A stretch of 64,000 nucleotides of DNA from Blepharisma stoltei ATCC 30299 (lineage: Eukaryota; Protista; Ciliophora), in the NCBI GenBank assembly GCA_965603825.1, contig CBFDEM010000012.1:186001-250000 (forward strand). Reading direction: 5' to 3'. The position numbers and the translations under genes are program-made. The notes below the pieces were generated by a model. The model did no database searches. It worked only from the letters and a program-made list of their open reading frames with translations, and was not told the origin of the DNA. Below, in pieces: positions 35,707-47,095 of the stretch (positions are counted from its first letter, which is position 1; every line of letters starts with the position of its first letter).

Positions 35707-37220
35707 GAGGAATATAGGTGTCCATCAGGTCTTATAAGATAAGAAGTGCTGCTATGAGAAGGCATCGTAAATGTCTCATATGGAATAGTTGGTAGAGGAT
35801 TTTTTCCTTCAAGTTTTATAAAAACCGGTTTTTTATTTTTCTTCATCAGCACTGCAGGGAGCGCTCTCAATGGGATTTTTTTATTTTCATACAAAATTTC
35901 AACATTTGGGGCTAATTCGCCTCCATTCTCAAAATACCCAGATGTGTAGGCCAATTCCAAGTCCTCTTTAGGATGAACATTATCAATCAAATTTTTGTCA
36001 TCACTTAAATAATATCTTGCATTTGCGTCATTAAACATAGCTTTTTGGCCCCATTTCATGCCTTGGTTAAAAATTCATTCATTTCCAAACGGCAGGTATG
36101 AGGTAAAGTCTTGAAAAATTTTCATATTATCTAAATCCAACCGAAAATTTTTAGCTATATTTACTGCTTTATAATAATAGCCAAGTGAAGTCTTCAAAAT
36201 TTCTTCTAAAAACTGATGTCTTTCTTGGCTGTAAAATTTCAATAGTTCTGGATATTGAAATCTCCAGCATAAGCAATGGGCATCTTTAATTCCTGAATTA
36301 AGACCAAACCCTCCTGCTGGAGTCATTTGATGTGCTGAATCTCCTGCTAGAAAAACTCTGTCCTTAGAAAACTCATTTGCTAGTCTAGAAGCCAATCTTC
36401 AAGGCTTTATTGATTTTATCTCAACATCATTGATACTGCTTCCTGCCACACTGCTTATTATTTCCTTATAGTCTGCATCTGTGAAATTAGATAAATGCTG
36501 GTGTTCAGGATAAAATGGGTACTGCATTATGAACTCCCCTTCGTCTGCATTATGCATCACCATCACACAAACGTTTTCAGGATTATACACAAAATATATC
36601 ATTGCAGGGTTATTTTTGGCAAGAGAGCCTAATTCTTTTGAGATAAAATGAATATTTAAGAAATGCTGAAGGATTCCAGTGCCTTCTAGCCTAATGCCTA
36701 AAAAGTTTCTAACTTTGCTGCTGGCGCCATCGCATGCAATTAAATAATCTCCTTCGAATTCTTCCCCGTCAGCTGTTTTTACTTTAACTCCACTTGCCCC
36801 TTGAGATAACTCAGAGAATTCTTTTCCTAGACTCAAGCTGGCTGTTTCTGGTAAAGAATTAGCTAGCAAGCTTAGCAATTTGTGTTGTGGAAAATGGGCA
36901 GTATGCATATCACTTAGCTTGTTATTCAATTGATAAGCAGCGGTGCTAAAATGATCGTGGGACCTATAAACCTCTCCTAAAATATTTTTGCAATATATAA
37001 ACTTCCTCCAATTCTCTTTATTTGGCATATTTTCATATATCTGCTGGCTGATCCCTATATCTCTTAAGATTTCCATGCTTCTTGAGTGAATATAATGCGC
37101 ACTTGGATGTGTCCCAAGCTTTACTTGCTTTTCTATCAAAACACTTTCTATTCCTGCATGCCCTAATAAATGGGCGCAGCATAATCCTACAGGCCCGGCT
37201 CCTGCTATCAAGATTTTCAT
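35700..37220 (-). CDS. FAD-dependent aromatic monooxygenase (PheA/TfdB-like)
   Basis: GAGPVG, IACDGASSKVR, RVFLAGDSAHQMTPAGGFGLNSGIKDA, LIRPDGH; three ORFs joined by TGA at 36399 and 36075. Confidence 0.92.
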
Positions 37221-37238
37221 ATTAAATTTATTATTGAA

Positions 37239-38243
37239 TTATGCAACTTTAATTGGATTGGGTTTATGCATTTGTTTGGAAATCAGCTCAATCATGGTTC
37301 GGGTCATGAGGTCAATGTCAAATTTGTGTTTCCAATTCCAGTCTCTTCTAGCCAAAGAGTCATCAATACTCATAGGCCAAGAATCAGCATAAGCTTGTCT
37401 ATGATCTGACTTGTAAGTGACAGTTCCTGGGATATATTTTAATATACATGAAGTCAGCTGTTCAGCAGTAAAGCTGATTGCTCCTAGGTTGTAGACTCTT
37501 CGGGTCAGTGTTTCTTCTGGGGCATCTATTAAGTCACACTATATATTGTTTACAGTTCCTTGGATAAGATCATCAATATACATCATAGGAAGTTCAGTTC
37601 CTTTTGATAAAAAGCATTGATATTCTTGGTTCTTTAGGAGCTCAAAAAAGATTTCAACAGCATAATCAGTTGTCCCACCACCTGGAGGATCAGAAGAAAC
37701 TGCTCCAGGATATCTTAAAGATCTAAAATTCACTCCAAATTTTTTGTGGTAATAATTCCCCATCATTTCCATGTAAACTTTTGATATGCCATACGCTGTA
37801 GTTGGCTGGACTACACAGTCGTCAGGTGTTAGCACTCTTGGAGATGTTGGCCCAAACACTGCAATTGAGCTTGGAACGTAAATAGCTGTATTGTGGATTC
37901 TTGCAGCTTCTAGAGCGTTGTTGACACCTATAATGTTAACATCGATTGATTTTTGAAGCTGTAATTCTGCTTTCGCAGATAAATATGCGGCCAAGTGTAA
38001 AATATGTGTTGCCTCACTTGCTTCAACTGCTTTTGCAAATCCTTCTTTATCAACCACATCAAGGGGAAGAAAAGGTGGCTGTGATTCTACATCAAATTGA
38101 GTTTGATTTACATCAGAGACTACCACACAGTTTGGTCCATATCTTTCATATAGATAAGGTATTAGCTTTTTCCCAATCTGACCTGAGGCTCCAGTTATGA
38201 AAAACTTTTTCGAAGAAAAATTCCTGGCTATATTTAACAGCAT
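37239..38243 (-). CDS. TDH: L-threonine 3-dehydrogenase, SDR type, mitochondrial (intron 37539-37553)
   Basis: TGASGQIG, HLAAYLSA, PSSIAVFGP, YGISK, PGGGTTDYAV; after the intron RQAYADSWPMSIDDSLARRDWNW. Confidence 0.92.
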
Positions 38244-38558
38244 TTATATGGTTGAATTTTAATATGGTTTAAGCGACATAAATTTAAGAGAAATATTTAA
38301 TAAATTTTTGAATTTTACTTGGAATTTAATAAGAAATTAATAGAGTAAATAACAAAAGAAACCGAATATATTCAAAAAATTTATAAAAAAGAGATTTCAT
38401 AGAATATTTAATTTATAAAGTTTTATTAAAAATTAAGTGTAACTTGCAATTAAGTTTTATATATTAAGCTAATTGATAACAAAATTATAAATCGATTATA
38501 AATCTATGCTTAATTAAATGAAAATTTTCAAATTAAAGATGCAAAATAAGTTTAATTT

Positions 38559-39074
38559 TTAATAGTAGGTTGACCGTAGCATATTTGTTTCTTTTTTCAC
38601 ATCTGGGCTTGCTTTTCTCACAGTCTCTGCATATTTTTCCTTTTTATATTTCGGTACGCTCAGTCTTTTCGTGACATCGTCAAGGCTTGATCTTCTATTT
38701 CTCTTTTGCCTCAATCATTGAGTTTGGGTTTTAAAAAATATATCGCTGCTTTCTATAGTCTGGCTTGGTGAATGCTCTCTCAGGCTCATATGGAATGGCT
38801 TGCTTCCATATGAACTGTACATTCCTCCTCCATTCCATGAAATATAAGTATCTCTTCCACTTCCGTTGGAATTATATCTAAATACCTTGGCATCTAGCTT
38901 TGGCTTAGGTGGAGAGTAATCTCTTCTTGGGGATGGACTTCCGGATTTTGTCACAGTGGTGCATGCAGTTCTGCAAATTCCACCGTTATTCTGAATTATA
39001 TAGCTATCTCTCCCATTTCCGTCAGGAGAATAGTGAGAGGTGTTGCCTGCAAAAGTTCGATATAAAGTTATCAT
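38559..39074 (-). CDS. Hypothetical basic protein with two GxGRDxYIxxNxGG repeats
   Basis: YSPDGNGRDSYIIQNNGG and YNSNGSGRDTYISWNGGG; reads through TGA 38715 to TAA 38559. Confidence 0.75.
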
Positions 39075-39277
39075 AATAATTATTAAGAAATCATGAATGA
39101 GTCATTTTGATTACAATTTTTATTGAGCTAAAATAGTAAAATTTTAACAAAAATGCTAATGGCGTAATGATTTATAAATGATTCCATGTACTAAATTATT
39201 TTATTAAAAAGAATTTAGAACATATTAATAATTATCTCGTAAATCTATTAAATTAACATAAATTTCTTAGAATCCTC

Positions 39278-39922
39278 TTAATTCAATCCACTGTATCTTA
39301 AACGATTAAGCTTATCAAGTATTAAATGAGCTACAGACTTCAACCTTTCTAAATACTCTCTATTTACTTCTTGAAGTCCACTTTTAGCTATACATCTTTC
39401 AAAAGATTTTAGCTGTTCTAAAGGAATAATCTCACAAATAGGAGATCGGGTTTGATTTTGTGAGGGTTTTTTAGGGAAAAAATCAGAGGATTCACTTCTT
39501 TTGGATTCAGAAATTTGGGCTTTAGAGGAGTTTCGAGTTGTGGGTGAAAGTGTCCTAAAAATATTATCAAATTCATTTTTTAAGTTTGCTCCATGAGTTC
39601 TTGATACTTTTGCATTGGAAATTAAGCTCCTATATTTATTTAATTTCACCTTGTAAGCACTCACATCATTTTCTGAGTCTTCCAAAAAACTAAAATCAGC
39701 TGATTTTACAGTTTCTCCTTTATAAGGTTGAAAGTCAAAGAATAATTCTTTTTTAGGCGAGGTTGTTGATACTAGTTTTCGTCGGACTTCTTCTCGGTAA
39801 GTTTTTCAAGCGACCAGGCTAGCTTGATTATTTTTTTCATAAATCTAATTAGAGTATACATCGGCAGCTTGTCTTTTTAGTAGGCGTTCCATAGATGTTT
39901 CTCTCAACCTTTCTAAGGTCAT
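39278..39922 (-). CDS. Hypothetical protein (intron 39845-39859)
   Basis: ATG 39922, one 15-nt intron and one TGA join to the track ORF 39278-39685. Confidence 0.7.
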
Positions 39923-40185
39923 AATTTATATTGTTTATTAAAAGGGAGTACAAGAGACACTTTGCTAATAAATCTTTAGATATAAATCTTATGATAGGGA
40001 TGAATTAAGCTTATAATTGGAAACTATATATTTTTTGTGAACTTCTCAGAATATAAATTCTATTGTCATATATTTTAAAATTTTAGATCAGTTATAAAAT
40101 AATCATGCTAATAATTTAAAATTGATGCTAACCTTCGAATAGCAATTCAGTTTTTGCAATTTTTAAAATTTTTCTGATTATAAAA

Positions 40186-40578
40186 ATGTCATTAGATCGC
40201 AGTGAAATCAAAAAATATAAAGAATCCACACAATTTCAAGTCCGTAAAGAATCATATGATAAAATTATGCGTGAAAACCCTGGAAAATATCCATGTGTGA
40301 TTATAAAAGGGAATCGCTGTAAATATAATATTCCAACACACAAGTAATTTATATTTAGATTTGCATTAGAAGGCTCCATGACAGTAAGTTGCTTCCTTTA
40401 CACCCTTCGTAGATATTTCAAGCTTTCTCCAAAGCAAGGACTTTATCTATATCTTTGCGACACACTTCCAATGCTAGGAGCAAAAATCTCTGAACTTCAC
40501 CAACGATGTTCAGATGAAGATGGCTGCCTATATTTTGTTCTTACCAATCAAGAAGATAAAGGCGCTATGAGTGTATAG
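40186..40578 (+). CDS. ATG8: Divergent ATG8-family ubiquitin-like protein (intron 40344-40358)
   Basis: FQVRKESYDKIMRENPGKYPCVI...MTVSCFLYTLRRYFKLSPKQGLYLY...DEDGCLYFVLTNQEDKG; terminal Gly followed by AMSV. Confidence 0.85.
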
Positions 40579-40665
40579 GCATAAAATACCTCATTTGTAT
40601 ATACTAATTAATTTTTTGCTATCCATCTTAGCAGCTATAGAGGATTATGACATCATGTCTCAAAC

Positions 40666-41727
40666 TTATGAATTATTTTTAAGAGTTGCAAAACGATTTT
40701 TGGGTATTTTCATATGCCTTGGACATTCTTTAGTAGACACCCCTAATGATAATAAACTATCGCAATTGCTACAATGCTTTGATCTTGTAGGCGTAAGGGA
40801 ATATTTTTTAAAGCTTTTAGCAGAAACACTTCTATATGGAACAAAACATTTGCAAGACCTATCTCTTTCTTTTTCCCTTGATCTTCCTCTAGGAGTAATT
40901 GATCTTCTCTCTCTTTTCAAAAATTTCTGATTGACATTATTTGCTTCATTCCTTACTGTTTTTCTATTTTTCAACAGATTTATAGTATCCTTCGCTTTGA
41001 ACTCAGAATGCAATTTTTCTCTTAATCTATTATTTTCTTCTCTTAAAATATCGATTTCTTTTAAAAGATTTCTCTCTCTTCTTCTTGATCCTTTTTGATG
41101 ATTATTTTCATATACAGCATAGCTAAGTTCACATTTTCCCTCATTATCGAGATTTTCTTTTTCAGACTCATAATAAGAATCAAATGAGTCTTTAAGAGTC
41201 CTTCCGATTTCTTCATTACTGAAGCTTTCAGAGTTTGATTGAAGGGTTTTCTTTGTAGAGGTGTTTAAGTCTGATCTTTTTATTGTGTTTTCTGAATTTT
41301 CCATTGCGATATCTTTGATATCGCATTTAATAGTCTCTTGAGGGGATGAGAGATCAGTCTGGCACAAATTCTTGGCAGCCTTGATTCTTGTTTCGTTACT
41401 TGGAGTTATTCTTTCAGCAAATACTCTCGAAATTTCAACTGAACTCTTTGAAACTTTCTCAGTAAAACTATTAGAAAGTTTATTTTTTCTATTTGATGGA
41501 TATTTAGCTTGTGTATAAATCCCTTGGGAAAGTTTTAATTCAATTTCTTTTCTGAGAAAAGCTCTTCTTTCATCTGCAGCGAGAGGGCTTTTTCTTCGAT
41601 TTCAATTTTCATGCTGTAGTGAAGAACTTAGACAATTTACGTTGATTTCTTTTAATTGGCCTTTAAGTTTTTGAATTTCCTGCCTCAGTTTATGATTTTC
41701 AACTTGCAACTTGTTCATTGTTGACAT
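40666..41727 (-). CDS. Hypothetical coiled-coil protein with C-terminal CxxC...CxxH
   Basis: Open from ATG 41727 with one TGA (41602). Confidence 0.72.
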
Positions 41728-42050
41728 TTAAATTTAATTTTATTAATGAATAGATATGTAATTAGCAACTTTAAAAAATTTTTACAAACTCAAATAATTA
41801 CTGATTGCTCTTTTCTAATTTCGACGTTTAAAAGAGCTCCGTATATTAAGATTTAATTATTTTTCTATTTTTTAGAAGAAGTCTCTTTTCAATAATAAAA
41901 GGAAATTAAAATTTCAAGCATGAGACAAAACATTTAATTAATATCATGTTAGAGAACATTAATAATTTTTATGTTTCTTTTTAATTTCCCTCTAAGCATT
42001 TATTAAACATTTATCGCAAGTCAGTTGAAAATAATCCAAATAATTATTTG

Positions 42051-43241
42051 TTAAAGAATAGTTGCCACGTCTTCAGGCATCTCCTCTATTTGGGTTGAAT
42101 AATGCTGCTCCAAATCTCTCAAGAACTGTGCGTCTTGCTCAGTCACAAAGTTAATCGCAACTCCCTTTCTTCCGAATCTTCCACTTCTTCCGATTCTATG
42201 TAAGTAATTTTCATAGTTGGTTGGCATGTCATAATTAATGACCAATGACACCTGCTGTACGTCAATTCCTCTAGCCAAAAGGTCAGTTGTGATTAAAACT
42301 CTGCTTGAACCGCTTCTGAACTCTCTCATAATGAGCTCTCTTTGTGTTTGCTCCATTTCTCCATGCATGAAGCTGACTACAAAGTCTTTATCAGTCATTT
42401 GCTGGGCTAAGGTTTCTACCTTTTTCCTGGTATTGCAGTATATGATGGCTTGGGTGATATCTAAGTTCTCATACAAATCAGAGAGTGTTGGGAATTTCCA
42501 TTCTTCTTTTTCAATAGGAATATAGTATTGCTTAATACCTTCCAAGGTCAGCTCGTCTTTTTTGACGAGGATCCTGATAGGGTTTCTCATAAAATCTTCA
42601 GTTAGTTTAAGAATATCTGGAGCCATAGTAGCTGAGAACAAGCAGCATTGGATGTTCCCAGGGAGGTGTCTAAAGATCTCTTGGATTTGTTCTTTAAACC
42701 CTCGTGACAGCATTTCGTCAGCCTCATCAAGGATGAAAACTCTTAGATGTTGAGCTGACAAGTGGTTCCTGCTGAGCATGTCGAAAACTCGACCTGGGGT
42801 TCCTACGACGATATGGACTCCTCTTTCCAAAATTCTGATATCCTCTTTGACTACAGTTCCTCCGATGCATGCATGGCATTTGATGTGCATATACTCGCCA
42901 ATTTGACTTATAACGCGGAAGATCTGTTGAGCAAGCTCTCTGGTAGGAGCAAGGACCAGAGCTTGTAATTGATTGACTTCGGTATCGATGAGTTGGAGTG
43001 CGCCCACTGTAAAAGTTGCCGTTTTCCCTGTCCCTGACTGTGCCTGAGCAATTGTGTCATGGCCAAGGATAATTGGCTTGATGCCTTTTTGTTGGATGGC
43101 TGACGGCTTTTCAAACCCGTAAGAGTAAATGCCGCGTAGCAGCTCTTCTTTAAGACCCATATCATCGAAACTCTCAATGGATTCATCCCAATTGGATTCA
43201 ATGATAAAGTCTTCAGCTTGTCCGGCCATAGGTTCAGCCAT
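42051..43241 (-). CDS. EIF4A: Eukaryotic initiation factor 4A (DEAD-box helicase)
   Basis: [52 protein letters not shown]. Confidence 0.96.
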   Translation of the reverse strand: MAEPMAGQAEDFIIESNWDESIESFDDMGLKEELLRGIYSYGFEKPSAIQQKGIKPIILGHDTIAQAQSGTGKTATFTVGALQLIDTEVNQLQALVLAPTRELAQQIFRVISQIGEYMHIKCHACIGGTVVKEDIRILERGVHIVVGTPGRVFDMLSRNHLSAQHLRVFILDEADEMLSRGFKEQIQEIFRHLPGNIQCCLFSATMAPDILKLTEDFMRNPIRILVKKDELTLEGIKQYYIPIEKEEWKFPTLSDLYENLDITQAIIYCNTRKKVETLAQQMTDKDFVVSFMHGEMEQTQRELIMREFRSGSSRVLITTDLLARGIDVQQVSLVINYDMPTNYENYLHRIGRSGRFGRKGVAINFVTEQDAQFLRDLEQHYSTQIEEMPEDVATIL

Positions 43242-43669
43242 TTTATATATCCACCTCTCAATTTTCAAGAATTTAGTAAGAATATTCATGAACTCTTGGA
43301 AAGTCATTATAGAGGTAGAAGGAAGGGAAAAAAAGATGATGGGAATGATTCGGATAGATATAAGAATAAAGATTAGGAAAAAATAAAAATTTTTATATAG
43401 GTGAAAATTAAAAGTTTAACGGATGAAGATCGATAATGCCATATTAGCTTCTAATAACAACTAAAAAATACTGACGTCATTTGGGATCACTAATTAAAAT
43501 TTGATAATTTTTTAGAATGCATTTTGTAATAGTCTCTGTGAGGGATGTCAATAAAGTTATATAAAATTATTAAAAAATGATTTATTTTGAGACACTATCT
43601 AATAAAAAACATAAAATTATTTACTCTCACTAATGTCAAATTTTATTTAAAAAAATAATTAATAGCACA

Positions 43670-44935
43670 ATGGGACAAATTCTCACGAAATCTCCAATGG
43701 TTCTTAACCTCGACAACGACCCAAATTCTAAAGCAAAACACTCTCGATGCTTGTATGCATTTGGGTGTAACTCAGAAAATCAATGTGGGAGTAATCAAGG
43801 CTATATATTCCGAGAAAAAATCGTTTTGCAAGCATCTGCAGGATCATCTCATAATTTGGTAATCCTTAAAGGAGGACAGCTGGCTGCATGGGGTTCTAAC
43901 CAATATGGACAAGCAGGCACCCAGGGCTTAGGCTGGGTTGAATCTTGAATATATAATCCTCCATCTATATTTCCAGTAATTTTTGAACGCCAATTCAGCA
44001 AAGTTCAAGTTACTCAGATTTCAGCTGGTCACTGGCATTCTACTTGCATTTCTGATATTGGACTTCTTTTTACATGGGGATTAGGGACAAGTGGCCAGCT
44101 TGGATATCCTCCTGTTGGAGATGATTTTATGAAAGTTGAAAGAGGAAAGGAAAGATATGTCCTATATCCTAAACTTGTAGAAAGCTTGGGCAGTATTCCT
44201 ATGAGCCACGTGGCATGCGGAGGAACTTTTACTGTTGCTGTTTCGCAAATGGGACAAGTTTATACTTTTGGAAGATGAAGATATGGAGTCTTAGGCAATG
44301 GAGAACAAGAAAATCGTGCTGAGCCGAAAATTGTGGAATCATTAGCAAGTGTAAGAGTTGAAAAAGTTGCATGTGGGCTAAATCATGTATTAGCACTTAC
44401 AGGATCAGGAAAAGTATATCAGTGGGGAAATCAAAGCACAAATGACGATATTGCTGATATAGAAATCCCAGAATTATTGACAAATATTGATGGAGCTACT
44501 CATATCTCCTGTGGCGAGCATCATAGTGCCGTATTATGCAGCCACAATCAGAATAATTTATATACGTGGGGTTTGAATAATTATGGGCAGTTAGGCCATG
44601 AAACTTCAACAAGATTTTCTGCGGTTCCGGATAAGGTTGAAATAGCAAGTAAAATTTCAACAATAGGATGTGGAGGATTTTTTACAGTAGCTTTATTGAA
44701 ATCTGGAGACCTTTTAGGGTGGGGGAATAATAAATATGGACAATTAAGAATAAACCAATTTGAATGCTCAAAACCTACATTAATTTTGAAAGGAAGCTTG
44801 CAAAAAGTGTCTGATGTTGTATGTGGGCATGGACATATACTGGTTTTGTATAGAAAAGATGTAGATTTTGAAGCTGAGCAAAGTCTTGCAAGGTCTGCTC
44901 GACAGGAAGATTATTCATCTGCTAATTTTATTTAG
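43670..44935 (+). CDS. RCC1-repeat protein
   Basis: Repeats such as SAGSSHNL...WGSNQYGQ, ACGLNHVLAL and TWGLNNYGQLG; joined through TGA at 43946 and 44276. Confidence 0.88.
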
Positions 44936-44964
44936 AAATTTTTAAAATAATAATTACAATACAG

Positions 44965-45474
44965 CTATAATGCTGCAGCAACTGCAAAATCAATTAGAAT
45001 GACAACAGGAATCCCAATAATCACAATAGCAATAAGTGTAAATGTTCACATGAATCCTTGGTTTACCATTGCAAAATACCAAGTTTTAAACTCTTTTCTA
45101 TATGTCATAAAATATATTTCTTGGTTTAAATCACGAATATTTAAAATATTCTTTATCATGGTTTTCCATGTTTCTGGAGCATAGCTAAATTGGGAGGTTT
45201 TTAAGCAGTAATACTGATTGGGAACTTCTTTAAAATATCAGTCAATGCAAAGCTCAGGAATTGGGACCATGTTTTTGAAGGGGTTTGGCATTAATTTGGT
45301 ATTGTGATGAACTCTGTATTCAAGAGTAGCTACAGAGAATAGAAGACACAAAAGGAAGCATCAGGCAATTATATTAGCAAATGGGATTAGTAGGCCAATT
45401 ATAAGAATTCCGAGGATTAGATATTTCTGCCTTGCTGTAAAGTTTTCTATCATGATTAAAGAAGGAGGAATCAT
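44965..45474 (-). CDS. Hypothetical membrane protein (about 169 aa; not in ORF track)
   Basis: Frame is free of TAA/TAG from 45666 to 44968, with three TGA inside the CDS. Hydrophobic N- and C-terminal segments. Start uncertain. Confidence 0.6.
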
Positions 45475-46292
45475 AGTCAAAGAAATGCCGTTGACTTTGT
45501 TGAAGGGTCAATTATAAGCGTAGATAATGGAATTATAAGCTAGGATTTTGTTATTAGGTCTGTTTAAGAGTATTGGAGAAGCTCTTGAATTTTGGCTTTC
45601 TCTGTGAAAAATTTCAATCTCTATTTTATATTTATACTTTTTAAAAGCTCTAACAATGGAGTTAATCTATCACTAAAAATTATGACAATAAACAAATTTA
45701 TGATCTATATCTTTGAGCTTTGAGCGCAAAAGTCTTATAAATGTGTGTTTAAACTTAAATACATCATAGAAATTAATTTAAATTATTTAAAGCAAGCCTA
45801 GGATAAATACATAATTATCTATATCGCTTAATTATTATGTAAATGTGCATTCATATAATTCAGCTTAAATTCAAAGTATATACGATTGTGTTTTGCTGAA
45901 AGCTAAATAACCGCTTTTTAATAATTTTTTGGAGTAAACTCATATTTTTCTCTAAATTTCCTTTTCAGCCCAATTATTGTCATCGTTGCTCTTACTACGA
46001 TATAATTTTCCATTTCTTTAATAGCATAGCACATCTACTCTTCTTTTCTAAGGTATCAAAAATAATATCTCTTCTAAAGATTTCTTTTAGGGATCACAAT
46101 CTTAAATTGGCTTATCTTTTTCCTATTCTTTAATTATTGCAAAAATTATTTATTGGCAATTTTTATTCCTAAAAATTTTATTAGTTATTTTAAACCACGA
46201 GATGCTTTCATTAATTTTCAGGTTTTCTGGCTGTCTAAATAATAATTAATTATTCTTATCGAATTCCTACTCAGAATATACATCAAATAGCT

Positions 46293-46589
46293 CTAAAATA
46301 TATTACAAATATTTTGGTTGCTATTATCATTCTTCCTCCTACCTATAGGAAACAAGCAGCAACTTGTATTTTCAGTTGGATTTATAGTCATAGACTCATT
46401 TCTGGGCTTTAGATGTCCAATTAAGGTAATCATTGACTCAGTTGTGTTTCCATTTGTCAAACTTTGATAGTTATCAATAGATGCAAAAACATCTTCTCGT
46501 GATTCTCGTCTTCCTATTGTCATAATGCTTAGAGCTTGCCCTGAATCATTTGATTCTGTATCTATTCTACTTTGAGGTTTTAATAGCAT
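46293..46589 (-). CDS. Small hypothetical protein with CC and C-terminal CaaX (CNIF)
   Basis: ATG 46589 to TAG 46293, isolated in an AT-rich spacer. Confidence 0.6.
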   Translation of the reverse strand: MLLKPQSRIDTESNDSGQALSIMTIGRRESREDVFASIDNYQSLTNGNTTESMITLIGHLKPRNESMTINPTENTSCCLFPIGRRKNDNSNQNICNIF

Positions 46590-47095
46590 TAATTTTTTAT
46601 CAGAATAAAAGGAGCAAAAATTCAATTTCTATTAATTTTGAAAATATTGGCAAAACCTAATAGAGAAGACTAAATGGCTAAGCATTAATTATTTTGTATA
46701 ATTAACTCATAAAAATAATGTTACTTATTGCATGAGAAAATAATTATTGAAAAATAAATCAGCTTTTGTATAATAATTGCAATATAATTTTTCACCTGAA
46801 ACTATTAAATCCTATTCTTTTATGTCATTCATAAATTCTATAAATTCTTCTCATTGCACATTCCTCCCTTCATCGAGCGACAAATATTTAGAGTCTTACA
46901 TTTTAATATATTTTCTTAATTTAATTTATCATAAGAAGCCAATCAAAATGAATAACGGAGCTGTATTTATATTTATGAATATTTAAATTGTTCGAAATCA
47001 GCCTTCGAATTAATTTTGCTCATTTTTATAAACGAATTCTATAAATAAAGCCAATTTAAAATTTGAATACTTTTCATCTAAATTAAGTAATAAAA

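Noticed and set aside
17459-38243. Threonine aldolase plus threonine dehydrogenase as a metabolic cluster
   Set aside because: They are about 19 kb apart with many unrelated genes between.
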